The notes under the pieces are model-generated. The model made no database searches and was not told where the DNA came from. It saw only the letters and a list, made by a program, of their open reading frames with translations. The translations under genes and the position numbers were made by a program. From assembly GCF_009914755.1 (NCBI RefSeq), contig NC_060930.1: a DNA stretch of 64,000 bases. One strand, written 5' to 3'. Source of the DNA: the human T2T-CHM13v2.0 reference genome, Homo sapiens. Positions 16,211 to 30,345 of the stretch are shown here, one piece after another. Position 1 is the stretch's first letter; every line of letters starts with the position of its first letter.

Positions 16211-16269
16211 TTCTGCTGGTGCCAGTCTTACAGAATGAGGTGACAAATCGCTCACAGGTAGAAGAGGTG
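16211..16269 (-). other. SCML4: 5' UTR part of the same SCML4 exon (exon 16269..16055, 215 nt)
   Basis: Minus-strand T-rich tract CCTTCTGTTTTTGTTTTGCTTTGTGTCTGGACTAATTCTTAG ends with AG at 16271-16270; 59 nt follow before the ATG. Confidence 0.85.
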
Positions 16270-17167
16270 CTAAGAATTAGTCCAGACACAAAGCAAAACA
16301 AAAACAGAAGGGTTTGTTTGGTTTGCAAGGCAAACATGATCCTGTCTGGTGATTTTGGCGATACCTACCACTTATTGGAGGGGAAGACCAAATATGAAGG
16401 AGCTAGGTACCACTAGATGCATTTACGATGCTGTTGGGCCTCTGGGGGAGTTAACTGGTGTAATTTCAAGGATGTTGAATTTCCATGGGGCAAGTGAAGT
16501 AGGGAAGATACTGGCTAGGCAAAGAAAACAATAGTTTCCCAGCTCCAAACACAGCTGATAATGTCACCAGCAACAAAATGACTTTGTCTGTGTCTCAGTT
16601 TCCTCAGTTAGTTCAACTTTGAACTGTTGTAACAATAATATTAAATAAACAAAGCCACTCTCTCATGTTCACTCCTATCTCTTTGCTTGAGTTATAAATT
16701 GTCATGACCTCTTTTTCTCTTGAAAGAAATTTAAGAAATTTAAATTGATCAAATCAATTGTATGAAAGTTGATGATGTCCTTGTATCAAAATGTGGACAG
16801 AGATTTACATACAGGTATGTTCATTTTAACATGATTTATTCATTTTCACATGATTTAGAATTGCAAAATTAAAATGCATGCAACCCAAATAATAAGCAAT
16901 AGGAGAATACTTAATATCTGCAGAATAAAACAATCAACTAGTTAAAAGCCTTTAATGACACTTTTTGAACAACATGATGTTGAATAAAAAAAGCATCGCA
17001 CATTAAAATGACCTCAACTATGCAAAAAATGTGTATGGTCAAAAAGTGGAAGCAGACATGCTAAAATGCCACCAAGGCAAAGATGGCAGGACTATGGGTA
17101 ATTGTTCAGCATGTACAATCCTTTGTACAGATACCACACACACTACAATAATCTTAGCATGGCACTA

Positions 17168-17493
<326 letters not shown>

Positions 17494-18085
17494 GAATAAG
17501 CTTCTCAGGTAGAATTGCCTAAACCTTGAAGCAAGAGGTAGTTGATCAAACTTGACTCAAAGAACATAGTGGTATCATGAGTTCAGGGGTCAGACTTCCT
17601 GGAATGTTCAGGAATGTGATGAGTGAGGCAGAACTTTAGACTTTGATTCAGGGGTGATAAAATTCATTTTTAAGGATTAGTGGTACCTTACAGTGGAAAT
17701 GAGAGGCTTTTGCCCAAAAGCTTGTAGAAGAAGTTGGGGAAGACGATGGGCACAATCCCTACACCCTGGCCTGGGCCTTGTCTACAAGGACAAGATTGCT
17801 CTGCTCAGGACAGAAAATATAAAATAGTGGAAGTTCTTAAAAACATGATAGGAAATATTGGGTATCCTTTATAGATTTAAGGTCACTTTGTTAATTTTCT
17901 GAATATGAGCAGTATTCTATCAATAATCTTGATTGTTCTTGGAAATACCATATGTAGTAAATAGAATTTTAAAGTATAAATTTATTTTTTGAATGCACTG
18001 TTAAACAGAAAACAATGCATTGTTAGACAGACAAGGTGTTCTGGATACGAATTTTTTTTCTGTTCTTGTGAGTTTAAGAAAAATA

Positions 18086-18260
18086 CCCGGTCTCATTGAT
18101 TCTAAGAAGCATATTTTTCATATATTAACATCTCTGAAATCAGGGTGCACCCTACAGTGTGTCAGAATTCCATAGGGAGCATTTTTTTTTCTATCTTAGT
18201 AGTACATAAAATAATGACAGGTGATATAACTAAAGGTATCTTAAAGTCAATCAGTTAGGA
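18086..18260. mobile_element. MER104-like Tc2/mariner MITE
   Basis: TCATTGATTCTAAGAAGCAT...TTAACATCTCTGAAATCAGGGTGCACCCTACA. Confidence 0.6.
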
Positions 18261-18620
18261 TGAGGGACTATAAGCTCATTAACATGTGAACAAAAAAATC
18301 ATCCTACTTCTAGACTTAGTGCCAATAAATATCCAAAATATTTGTTTTCCAAAAAGAGGCTACTAAAAACATTGAAGAACCACCAAATTTATTTAATAAG
18401 ATTTTCGCTATGTGAAAGTTGGTCCGAGTCTAATTTTGAACTATTCTCATCAAGTTTCTGCTTCTTCCTTATTATTTTTATAGACTTTAAACTCAGGAAT
18501 TATTTTTTTCCTAGTTTGGGACATGCTTCTCTGCTTTACTACTTTGTCTTTACTGAGGAGTAAAGACAACCTATCCAGTAACATCAAGATCCGAAGTCAA
18601 CAAGAGAAAACCCATGATCA

Positions 18621-18905
18621 GGCTGGGTGCGGTGGCTCACACCTGTAATCCCAGCACACTGGGAGGCTGAGGCGGGCAGATCACCTGAGGTCAGGAGTTC
18701 CAGACCAGCCTGGCCAACATGGGGAAACCCCGTCTCTACTAAAAACACAAAAAATTAGCTGGGCATGGTGGCAGGCGCCTATAATTCCAACTACTAGGGA
18801 GGCTGAGGCAGGTTGCAGTGAGCTAAGATCGCGCCACTGCACTCCAACCTGGGTGTGACAGAGTGAGACTCCATCTAAAAAAAAAAAAAGAAAGAAAGAA
18901 AGAAA
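18621..18905 (+). mobile_element. AluS with an internal right-arm deletion
   Basis: GAGGCTGAGGCAGG joins directly to TTGCAGTGAG. Confidence 0.92.
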
Positions 18906-20172
18906 AGAACAACAAGTCAGCACTCACATGAAAACATCTACAAGCATTTAGGCAAGATAAACAGGTCATTTACAGTGGAAAGAATAAACAGGCCAGTTCA
19001 CTTCAGCACCATCAGCCAGAAGATAATGGAGTCACCATGGTGGCATTTTTTTCCTGTTATTTATAGTTGTTGACACACTTGCACCCACCACAGGGCCTTT
19101 GCTTTTGCAGTTCCCTTTGCCTGGAATGCTCTTTCTTCCCCCTCTAGTCCATGCCTCTCCTTCCTCAGTTAACTCAAGGAAGCTTTCTCTGACCCCGCTA
19201 GGGTTCCCTGAGCTTAGAGTTCCTCAACTGAGACACAAACCCACTGCATGTGCAGTATCCACCATGGAGCTTGAACAAGGGAAGCCCATGAGAACATGAA
19301 GTTGTGTGACTTGCTGTATCTCTGACCTAGGAGCTATCTGTCTTCTGCCAGCATCTGTGACGCCAGGGCCGGTTAATTTGTTTGCTGTCAGAGAGGGTAA
19401 AATCTCAGACCCTTCACAGTTCTTCATATAGATTTCATAAGAAGTAGAAAGATTCCAATGAAGGAAATAATGTTTCTTAAAATTTTGCTAATGTCCTTAA
19501 ATAAGATTTGAATAAATAAGATTATTTTATTTTGGGACAGATGGGTATTTTTAAAATATAATTTTAATTAAATGCAATCACATTAAAAATCCAAACTGAC
19601 TTTAGAAAAAGAAGGGCAAAACAAAGTCTAGTGAGGAAGATTTGCCCTCCTAGTTATTAAAATGTGCTATAAATCTCCAATCATGGCAGCAGTATGGTAT
19701 AGGAGTAGCAATTGGGTCAATGGAAAAGTTAGTCCAGAAATTAAATGAATATTAAATTTCCATTCAAAAAATTTAGGAACATTTCACATCAAGACACGAA
19801 AGTGCAACAAATGATTTATGGACAACTGGCGTTTAGAAATAAATAAAATTTTACCTATATTTTAAAAAAATATTTTTAGAAATTCCCAACACTTAAATAT
19901 ACATAAAAAAAGAAACATTAAAAAGTCCTAAAGACAATATAAGTCAACATTTGTATGTTCTCGGAATGGGGATGAGCTTTCTAAGTACTGGATATTAGAA
20001 AACTTGGGAAGCAGAACCAGAAAGATTGATAGACATGACCACGTAAAACTCAAACACTTTCATAAAGCAAATGTAAAATCATAAAAAAGATTGAAAATAA
20101 AGCTAAGGAAACTATTTGCCACATATGGGAACAACAAAAGGTTAATACAAAGAACTGCAAATTATAAAAATA

Positions 20173-20252
20173 CTAGGTTGGTGCAGAAGTAGTCACGGTT
20201 TTTACCATTGAAACTAATAGCAAAAACCGCAATTACTTTTGCACCCACCCAA
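20173..20252. mobile_element. MADE1 mariner MITE (80 bp palindrome)
   Basis: TAGGTTGGTGCAGAAGTA...TACTTTTGCACCCACCCAA with 37-bp TIRs, a 6-nt spacer and TA on both sides. Confidence 0.93.
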
Positions 20253-20885
20253 TAAAAGTGAAACTCACTCCCCCAATACACACAGTAGAAAATGAGCAAA
20301 GGATACAAAAAGACAAGCAGGAAAGAAGGAAGGAAGGAAAGAGGTGAATTATTACAAGAAAAGATTCTGCACTTTATTGCCAACTCCCCCAAAAAGTAAA
20401 TTAAGGTATCATTTGTCAATTGCCAGATTGATAAATGTGAAAAACCCTGACAATACTCATGTTGGTGAGGGGCTGATGCAATGGGCACTCTCATTGATTG
20501 TTGGCAAGGGTACAAATTGGCTAGCCTTTCTGGAGGACAATTTGAAAAGCACGTAAAAATTTACACAGCCACACCTCCTAATCCAACTTTATCACTCCTG
20601 AGGATTTATCCTAAAAAAAGAATCTGACAAGAGCACAAAGATATATGGCCAAGGATATTCTTTGCAGCATTCTTTGTAATAGTGAAATACTGAAAGCAAT
20701 CAAAATGTCCCTCAAAACAACAGTGGTTTAGCACATTATTTCACATTCATAAAATGAAATATTTGTATGTATATATGTACATATACATGCATATGTGAAG
20801 ATTGCAAAATAGCATATATACCTTGATTCTCTACATATATTTTATGTATATAGATAAAGATAAATCTGCACATGTTTAAGCATAA

Positions 20886-21295
<410 letters not shown>

Positions 21296-21813
21296 CACAT
21301 TGTCAGAATTTTTAAAATCAGAATTAGAAAAATAGGATAAAGAGAAAAATAAGCAATGAATGGATGATTCTTATTTTCTGAAAGTTTCTACTGAAAATTT
21401 TTGCTTCCTGGAATGGCCTTCTGTTTTCTTGTTTTCTAACAGTTTTTGTTCTTGAGCCACAGAACTTCAGTGGCTACTATGTTAACGTTGCAAACAAAAG
21501 TAACAAAAAGGCAAAAAGGTCTTTAGCAATCAGCAAAAATATCAGAAAAAGTTGTTCCAGAGCTAAGAAGCACATCTATAAACAGATGATGGACAGGAGT
21601 GTTTCACCAGACCCCAGAAAGTAGCAGCTTGCCACCATCACCCTCCTTGCCACCACCTCCCCGTCCTTGACACCACCTCCCCACAGGTGGCAGCTGGGCC
21701 ACTGCTCTTTTCCCAGATTCCCCCATCTCCAAAGACCTTCAAAGACCTCAAATGCTGTCCAAAGATATTCTACCCATAGACACATAATTTAACACATCCA
21801 AATATATAAATCA

Positions 21814-22081
21814 GGCCGGGTACAGTGGCTCACACCTGTCATCCCAGCACTTTCGGAGGCTGAGGCAGGTGGATCACTTGAGGTCAGGAGTTCGAGACCA
21901 GCCTGGCCAACACGGTGAAACTCCCATCTCTAATAAAAATACAAAAATTAGCCAGGCATGATAGCATATGCCTGTAGTCCCAGCTATTTGGGAGTTGAAG
22001 CACAAGAATCACTTGAATCCGGGAGATCACGCCACTGCACTTCAGCCTGGACAACAGAGTGAGCGAGACTCTATCTCAAAA

Positions 22082-22111
<30 letters not shown>
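21814..22111 (+). mobile_element. AluS with A/(TA)n tail
   Basis: Dimer with a small right-arm deletion. Confidence 0.92.
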
Positions 22112-22113
<2 letters not shown>

Positions 22114-22745
22114 CTTGAGAATGCCCAGGATCCTAGAGGGATATATGAAACCTCTGAATTTTTCTGCTTTCAATTGTGGACTTCAGTGCAGTTAATACTA
22201 TCTCAGTTCAGGTCAGATTTGAAAGCCATCTTGAAGCACAGTGCTTTAGTAGTCATTAAAAGAGTCTGTCCCTAAAACAGCCTAGTCATCAACTTTCTAA
22301 GTCTCCAAGTTATAACCTTTAAACAGTTGTCAAATCGTGGCCTGGAATATTAAATCAAGTGATTTTCCGCTGGCTTCCTAAGTCTCCCTCTTCTTATCAA
22401 GCCAAGACTTGGCTAGAAATACTACAACGGAAAGCAAGAGTAACTAAGATCTGTTCTATTAATTTGGAATGACATTTTACATGTTAGCTTTGCAAATCTA
22501 ATACATATCAACCAAGGTCCTGGCGAATCATGCTTCATCAAGATAAAGATCAAGAAATAACCAAATCCAAAGCATACTCCAATCCCATGGAGCCACTGGG
22601 TCATACAAGAGTTAGTCTGAGACATGTATTCATGTATTTACTCATTCATTTACTAATTTGTCCAACAGATTTCTGTTGAATAGACAGTGAGGCTCAAACA
22701 CTATGCTTAGGTACTCTGATGTCAAATAAAAATAAGACACATCCC

Positions 22746-23076
<331 letters not shown>

Positions 23077-24276
23077 TCATTGTCTACAGAGAAGCAAACA
23101 AGCAAAGAGGCAATAATAACATGCAAGACAGGTGGTCTAACAGGTTTTGTATGAAATGCTATGAGAACACCAAGGAGGAGGGAGATCAATTCTTTTAGTA
23201 AGGTTGGGAAGGGTAGGAGCAGGTGATATCAGAGCTAGGATTTTCCCGGGCAGAGCAGAGCAAGATAGAGGCACAGGGCTGGTGATGATGCAGGGATGTT
23301 TGGTGGTGCATGGAGAAGGGGTAAGCCAGCCCAACTGGAAGCAGGATCAAGGCTTCTGTTGTTTCTGTAAGTGAACGGAGGTAGCTTTAAGGATGCCTAG
23401 CCTCTGCTGGACTCTAAGTTGTTTCCTTCTATTAACTGCATGGAGTGTGTTCCTGACCTTGGGGTAATGTTCTAACTCACTGTCATTTCGAAAACACAAC
23501 CCTATCTTCTCTTGTTCTGGGACGCCATGTTGCCCTCACTGTGAGCCAATGTCTCCAGTGTCATTCTTCTGCCAGCAGTTTCATCCTAATGCTCGTGTGT
23601 CTGCAAGCTGCTTAGGGCTGTCTGTGAGGTGGTTCCCAAGGATCAAAATGCACTTTGGCATCTGTCTGAAATTCCACCATTTCCAAGGTGGCTCAAACTC
23701 TCCTGCTTTGGAGGCCTTTCCTCGTCCACACACTGGTCTCTCAACTCCTTTACCACCCATTGTGTGCACTTCCAGTTTCATCAAGCACTGATTACATGAT
23801 GGCTTATACAGTTTTCCCTTTGTTTTGAACACATAAATGATATCTGTACATCCATGGAGGCCAGGGGCCGTGTTTCACATGTCACTCTGCTCCTTACAGC
23901 CCCTGGTACAGTATTGCACCCACAGAGCACGCCTGGCACCGGTGACAACCTGTTCACTGTGGAGTCTAGACATCTTACTGAGGCTGATGGCCCACAGCTG
24001 GAGTCGGAGGTGCCTTTGTATTTTAAATCTTTGGATAGAAATACATCAATATAATAGAATGCCTTTGATAGAACGAAACCTTCATACCGTTAAAAGAATA
24101 GGGCCACCAATATAATCTGTTAAAGTGAAAAAAAATAAATTCCCTTACACACATTTTTTTCCAATTCTGATACTAAAATTTGACCAACAGAAGCTAAAGC
24201 CAAGACTCACATGTACTCATTCTTAGCGTCAAATTTTTCCCTTGGATACTATTCTCCACCATAAATAAATCCAGGA

Positions 24277-24748
<472 letters not shown>

Positions 24749-25216
24749 TCAATAATAATAGTAACCATAGCAATGTAGTCAATTGACATAAATTGTTTGT
24801 GATAAGCAATGGTTTTTTTTTTATATTCAAAAGACTTAAATAAGGCGCACCAGACTATGGTTGTAGTTGTTTTAACACAAAAGAAGGGTGAATAGAATAA
24901 AAGTGATTTAGGCGATTTTAGTAAGTATAGGAGAGCTTACGTATAGGTATTTTGTTCTGTTGAGTACTGATATGCACAGTCTAAACAGAGAAAGTTAGAG
25001 TTTAAGGCCAGCTGGACAACATGGTGAGACCCTGTCTCTACAAAAAATACAAAAATTAGCAACAAAAATTAGAAACAAACCCAGTTTCTGAATACAAAGA
25101 AACTGAAAGTAAACCAGCTTGTCCTGAAAAAAATAGGAATTGACCCAGGAACAAAAAGACTGGCTAGTCAATCTCAGTCGTCCCACATGATAAGCAGGCC
25201 AAAAGAGGTTCCCCAA

Positions 25217-25550
25217 GCCGGGCGTAGTGGTTCACGCCTGTAATCCCAGCACTTTGGGAGGCCGAGGCGGGTGGATTGCTTGAGCTCAGGAGCTCAAGAC
25301 CAGCCTGAGCAATAGGGCATAACCCCATCTCTACCGAAAATACAAAAATTAGCCTAGTATGGTGGTGTGTGCCTGCGCTCCCAGCTATTCAGGAGGCTGA
25401 AGTGGGAGGATTGCTGGAGCCTGGAAAGTTGACACTGCCGTAGCTGTGATTGTGCTGCTGCTGTAAGCCGTTATTGTGCCACTGCACTCCAGCCTGGGCA
25501 ACAGAGTATGACCCTGTCTCAAAAAAAAAAAAAAAGAAAGAAAGGAAAAA
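25217..25550 (+). mobile_element. AluJ
   Basis: Dimer with a short internal duplication in the right arm. Confidence 0.92.
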
Positions 25551-26472
25551 AGAGGTTCAACAGAACGTTCAAGGGTGATAAATCCACCAAATATCTTTAC
25601 AGGAGTTGCAAGGTGCAAACTTGTTTCTTCAGCCAGTAGTAGATGAAGCTTCTAGATGTGTCTCATAAGTATATGGAGACCAAGGCTCATGCTCCTCCTT
25701 CTCCAGATGTAGAACTCTCAACTCTGTTGTTGGATGGGGGTACAAGGAGCTCCTCAGGTCCTAGTAATGGGCCCTCGCTGTGAGGGAAGACTCTGAAAGC
25801 CTGTCAAATCCATTCCACCATTGGCTAAACCTGTAAAAGCTATCACTATTTTCAAATGCTAGAACCTTCCCTGCCCCCAAGAGGGGTACAACAGCCAGGG
25901 TGACAGAAAGCCAAGATTCATATATTTAAGGACAAGGAGGAAAGATAAATGAAGTAAGAACAGAGAATATGCACAGTGAAGCGGGAAAAACACCCATTCC
26001 AGCCTGCAGGATTCGGAAACGCTTTAGAACATTTTGAAGCATGAGCAATAGGCATGCCGCAGAGGTAGGAAAAGTTTTCCTGGCCTGGCTCAGCTGTACC
26101 CTAAATCTACGTATTCTCTGGGGCCCACCAGTCTCCTCAGTTGGCACAGGAAGAGGAGGAAAGACTGCTTCTAACTCCAGTCCTGCCATCAGGCCTGCTT
26201 GTTGGGGCTGCTCCTTAGAAGGTGAGCTCAAGGGAGCATGAGAAGGGAGGGATCCGGTCCCGGGGGGCTGAGTGTGCCCCCTCCCTGTCTCAGATGTCCA
26301 TCCCTTCTTTTTAAATCAAGTCCCACATTAACAGGCCTTACCCGGCACTGTGGAGATTGCACGTGGGGCCCTGGGCTGTTTCCCTCAGCTGCATTTCTTA
26401 CTCTTCTCCTGCTCTTCTCTGCACCAAAGCAGGTGTTGTTCCCCTAGTTCCTGTGACTGTCAGCTGCTGGAT

Positions 26473-27431
26473 AAGTTTGCCTGATGGCAGGTGCTGGTCT
26501 GAGTTTGCCTGATGGCAGGTGCTGGTCTGAGTTTGCCTGATGGCAGGTGCTGGTCTGAGTTTGCCTGATGGCAGGTGCTGGTCTGAGTTTGCCTGATGGG
26601 AGGTGCTGGTCTGAGTTAGCCAGATGGCAGGTGCTGGTCTGAGTTTGCCTGATGGGAGGTGCTGGTCTGAGTTTGCCTGATGGCAGGTGCTGGTCTGAGT
26701 TTGCCTGATGGGAGGTGCTGGTCTGAGTTTGCCTGATGGCAGGTGCTGGTCTGAGTTTGCCTGATGGGAGGTGCTGGTCTGAGTTTGCCTGATGGCAGGT
26801 GCTGGTCTGAGTTTGCCTGATGGGAGGTGCTGGTCTGAGTTTGCCTGATGGCAGGTGCTGGTCTGAGTTTGCCTGATGGGAGGAGCTGGTCTGAGTTTGC
26901 CTGATGGGAGGTGCTGGTCTGAGTTTGCCTGATGGCAGGTGCTGGTCTGAGTTTGCCTGATGGCAGGTGCTGGTCTGAGTTTGCCTGATGGGAGGTGCTG
27001 GTCTGAGTTTGCCTGATGGCAGGTGCTGGTCTGAGTTTGCCTGATGGGAGGTGCTGGTCTGAGTTTGCCTGATGGCAGGTGCTGGTCTGAGTTTGCCTGA
27101 TGGGAGGTGCTGGTCTGAGTTTGCCTGATGGCAGGTGCTGGTCTGAGTTTGCCTGATGGGAGGTGCTGGTCTGAGTTTGCCTGATGGCAGGTGCTGGTCT
27201 GAGTTTGCCTGATGGGAGGAGCTGGTCTGAGTTTGCCTGATGGGAGGTGCTGGTCTGAGTTTGCCTGATGGCAGGTGCTGGTCTGAGTTTGCCTGATGGC
27301 AGGTGCTGGTCTGAGTTTGCCTGATGGCAGGTGCTGGTCTGAGTTTACCTGATGGCAGGTGCTGGTCTGAGTTTGCCTGATGGCAGGTGCTGGTCTGAGT
27401 TTGCCTGATGGGAGGTGCTGGTCTGAGTTTG
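26473..27431. repeat. 28-bp minisatellite (VNTR), 34 full units
   Basis: Unit GAGTTTGCCTGATGG(C/G)AGGTGCTGGTCT repeated head to tail with no spacers; units start every 28 nt from 26473 to 27397. Confidence 0.98.
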
Positions 27432-27449
27432 GAGGTAGAGGTTGGGATG

Positions 27450-27502
27450 GGTGAAGCCCATCTTTGGTGAAATTCCCATCTCTGGTGAAATCCCCATCTT
27501 TG
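27450..27502. repeat. About 3 copies of an 18-bp unit
   Basis: GGTGAAGCCCATCTTT / GGTGAAATTCCCATCTCT / GGTGAAATCCCCATCTTT. Confidence 0.7.
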
Positions 27503-30109
27503 CTTGGCTAGGTCCCTACTAGAAACTGCTCCTGGTCCATGGCTCCAGCTCCCTCTGAACAGGCCCAAACAGTGCCAAGCTCTGCTGGGCGACCTGGTCC
27601 TCGTTTCTGTCCTGCCACCTCCTGCCCCTGCCCCTCAAGCTTAGGGGTGGTTGCAGCTGCAGGGACAGTGGCTGAGTGCCCAGTCTCTTGTTTTGGCTCA
27701 TCACTGTGCGACCATTTCCTGCATTAAATACTCAATGCCTTAAATACTAAAGAGATTTCCTACTTAGACCCCAACAGACAGACATGAAAAGGACAGCATC
27801 TGCCTGCCCTTGAGACCAGTTCGTGACCGGGCAGAATGGGAAAACTTGTAAGAAAGGGAAATTCCTATCTTTCCTATTATTTTAAAGCATGGAGTCTGTC
27901 TCTCTGTGGCCACACCTGGAGATACACCTGCAGGCAAAACCCGTAAGTCAAGAGAAGGGACCCAGAGGATGGGGAAGATGCAATGTTCTCTGCCACTGAT
28001 GTGGTCAGCAGAATCATGGATAAAAGAAATGAGAGAGAATGACTTTTAAGATAAATGTGGAAATTTACACAGTGGCATGTATAGCATGCTATCATACAGT
28101 GGGTAAAGAAGATGCATGTAAGCATTTCACATCTATACATGCATGTATGCTTATGGATGCATAAGATACCACTGGAAGCATTTTTACAATAGTAGCAATT
28201 GTCTCTTGCTGGGGTGGGGAGAGGAAATGAGGTTCTAAGGACTGGAGAGAGAGGAACGGTTTTTTTCTCTGCATACTCTTTTTTACCATTTGAATGTTGT
28301 ATATTTTTAAAAAATAAAAACAATCCAATAAAGTCAATCTAAATGAGTGAGTGGCTCTGATATCCTCAGCTTTTGATCAGCCAGGGCCAGCTGCCCTAGT
28401 GCGTGGGAGGTGAAATGAGTCAGGTACTCTGGACCCTGAAAAGACTCCAAATCACAAGCCCATATGTGGGGGCTGCACTCATCACGGCCCGTGGTGTGTG
28501 CATTTGCCCTGACTGGGATCCTAATCACCCCAGTGGTTTGGCTGAGCAGACCAGCAACCATTTCAGTGGGTGTTTATGGCACATGAGGCATAGTACCAGG
28601 TGCTAGTGGACATGACCCTGGACTTAGGGGGCTGGACTTTAGTGCTGGCTCTACTCCTAGCTAGCTGAGACAGAGACAAGTCACTTCACCATTCTGGGCC
28701 TCGGCCCCATACTGTACAGGTTCAGATCTCTCAACTCCCTGTTAAACAAAGCTGACAGACACGCCTGGTTTATTTATTTTCTTTATTTTATTTTCTAATT
28801 TTCTTATTTGTATCTTCCCGGTCCAGAGTTGTATTTGGGTCAAGGAGTGCATTCTTCTTCTATGAGTAGGACTTTAAACAAACGCTTTAAGGGCTCAGTT
28901 TCTCACTTAGACAGCAAAAGCAAGAAGAGGACCAACTCCCTGTGTCCCTTGTCCTAGAGGACAACACAAAACCTGCAGGAACAAGGTGACTGCGATCCGA
29001 GTGCTGTTGCGCCCCACTGCTGAGGAGCTGATCTCAGGCTGCAGCGAATCAGTTTCGTAGCCTGCAGCTGTGCCCTTAGACAGGGTGAGGCAGAAAGCCT
29101 CCCATCTCCTAAGCACCCAGAAGGCAGTGAGAAACATCTAGTGACAGCCTCCTGGGTGGATAGAGGGGTGAGTGGCCAATGGCCTTGTAGTAGCACCTCC
29201 CAAGCCTCCCACACTCTCATGCTCAGAGAGGATCACAGGTCACTCTTCCAGGACTGAGATCAGCCGTGGTCCAGCCTTGCCTATGTGGCCCATGTGGAGA
29301 TGTGCAAGGTCACCGGGGTGCTGTGGTGGAGCCTGTCCTCTGCACTCCCCTCCTGACTTTGAGAAGTTAAATAGCTAGTAAGGGAGAGGAGACATCTGTA
29401 CATGATATGGCAGGAGGACAGTTCTGAAGCAACTAGTATCTCACGGATAATGACCTAAGAGCCCAGGATGCTCAGAAAAAAAGAGAGGTCCTACGAGGCT
29501 GAGGTTTTCCAGGGCCACAAAACAGCCAAGGGAGGGGCAGAGCCTGGCGCATACCCTGCCTGACAGCTCCTCCGCACCTCACCCTCACTAGCTCCTTGCA
29601 GCCTAGTACTCCAAGGGGGCCTTGGGGTGCTCCCATTTTGCTACCAACCCTAGAGGACATCTAGGACAGCTAAGCTGAAGGCTCCCCTGTGTGCAGCCCT
29701 GCAGTCCCACTTTCCCTACTCCTAGCTCATTCCAGAAGGCTTTCATTATTATTTCCAAGTCTAAGAAAGTCTTCTGGAATAATGAAACTGACCTGCTTCT
29801 AATCTGAATCAAAGCTACAATGAGAACTCAAGTGAGTTGGATCGCAGCAGGTCTCAGAAGCTTCTAATCTGGGGCCCCCACTCATGGTTTTGTCTAAGGT
29901 TGGAGTCAAAGAAGAGGCATTACTTGTTCTTTGCTCAGCAAGAGGGAGCTTATCCTCTCTCCCACCAGTGTCAGTTTCTGCCTGAAATGTGAGTGGTTTC
30001 CCCTGGCTAGATGAAAAGGAGCCACCTACAAAAATTTGTGTTTCTCAAGGAAGTGGCTTTCCAGAGGCTCCTCCCCCACAGTCTTGCCTGAAAATTGCTA
30101 CTTGGACAG

Positions 30110-30345
30110 AATCTTTCTATTCTACATCCTTTCTTGTGGCTGTAATTGACCCATTTCTATCACAGCACCTACAACATGTTATTCTGTTTATTGGCATCCC
30201 TGTCTCTCTGTTCTAATATGCTTGAGCTCCTTGGAGAAGGCTCTGTGTCTTCTTCCATCTATCCCCACCTGGTTCAGTGTCTGGCACATCTTAAGGATTG
30301 ACAAATATTTATTAAATAAATGATGTATGAACAAATGAATGGACG
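30110..30345 (+). mobile_element. L2 3' end
   Basis: CAGTGTCTGGCACAT...AAATATTTATTAAATAAATGA...AATGAATG. Confidence 0.65.

Noticed and set aside
26473-27431. CRISPR-like array of 28-bp repeats
   Set aside because: Units are contiguous with no unique spacers, there are no cas genes, and the context is a primate intron. It is a minisatellite.
26444-27568. 374-aa minus-strand ORF with a 28-aa periodicity
   Set aside because: The minus-strand repeat unit has no stop triplet in any frame, so a long ORF is automatic. It starts at a non-ATG codon and the 28-aa period is just three 28-nt units.
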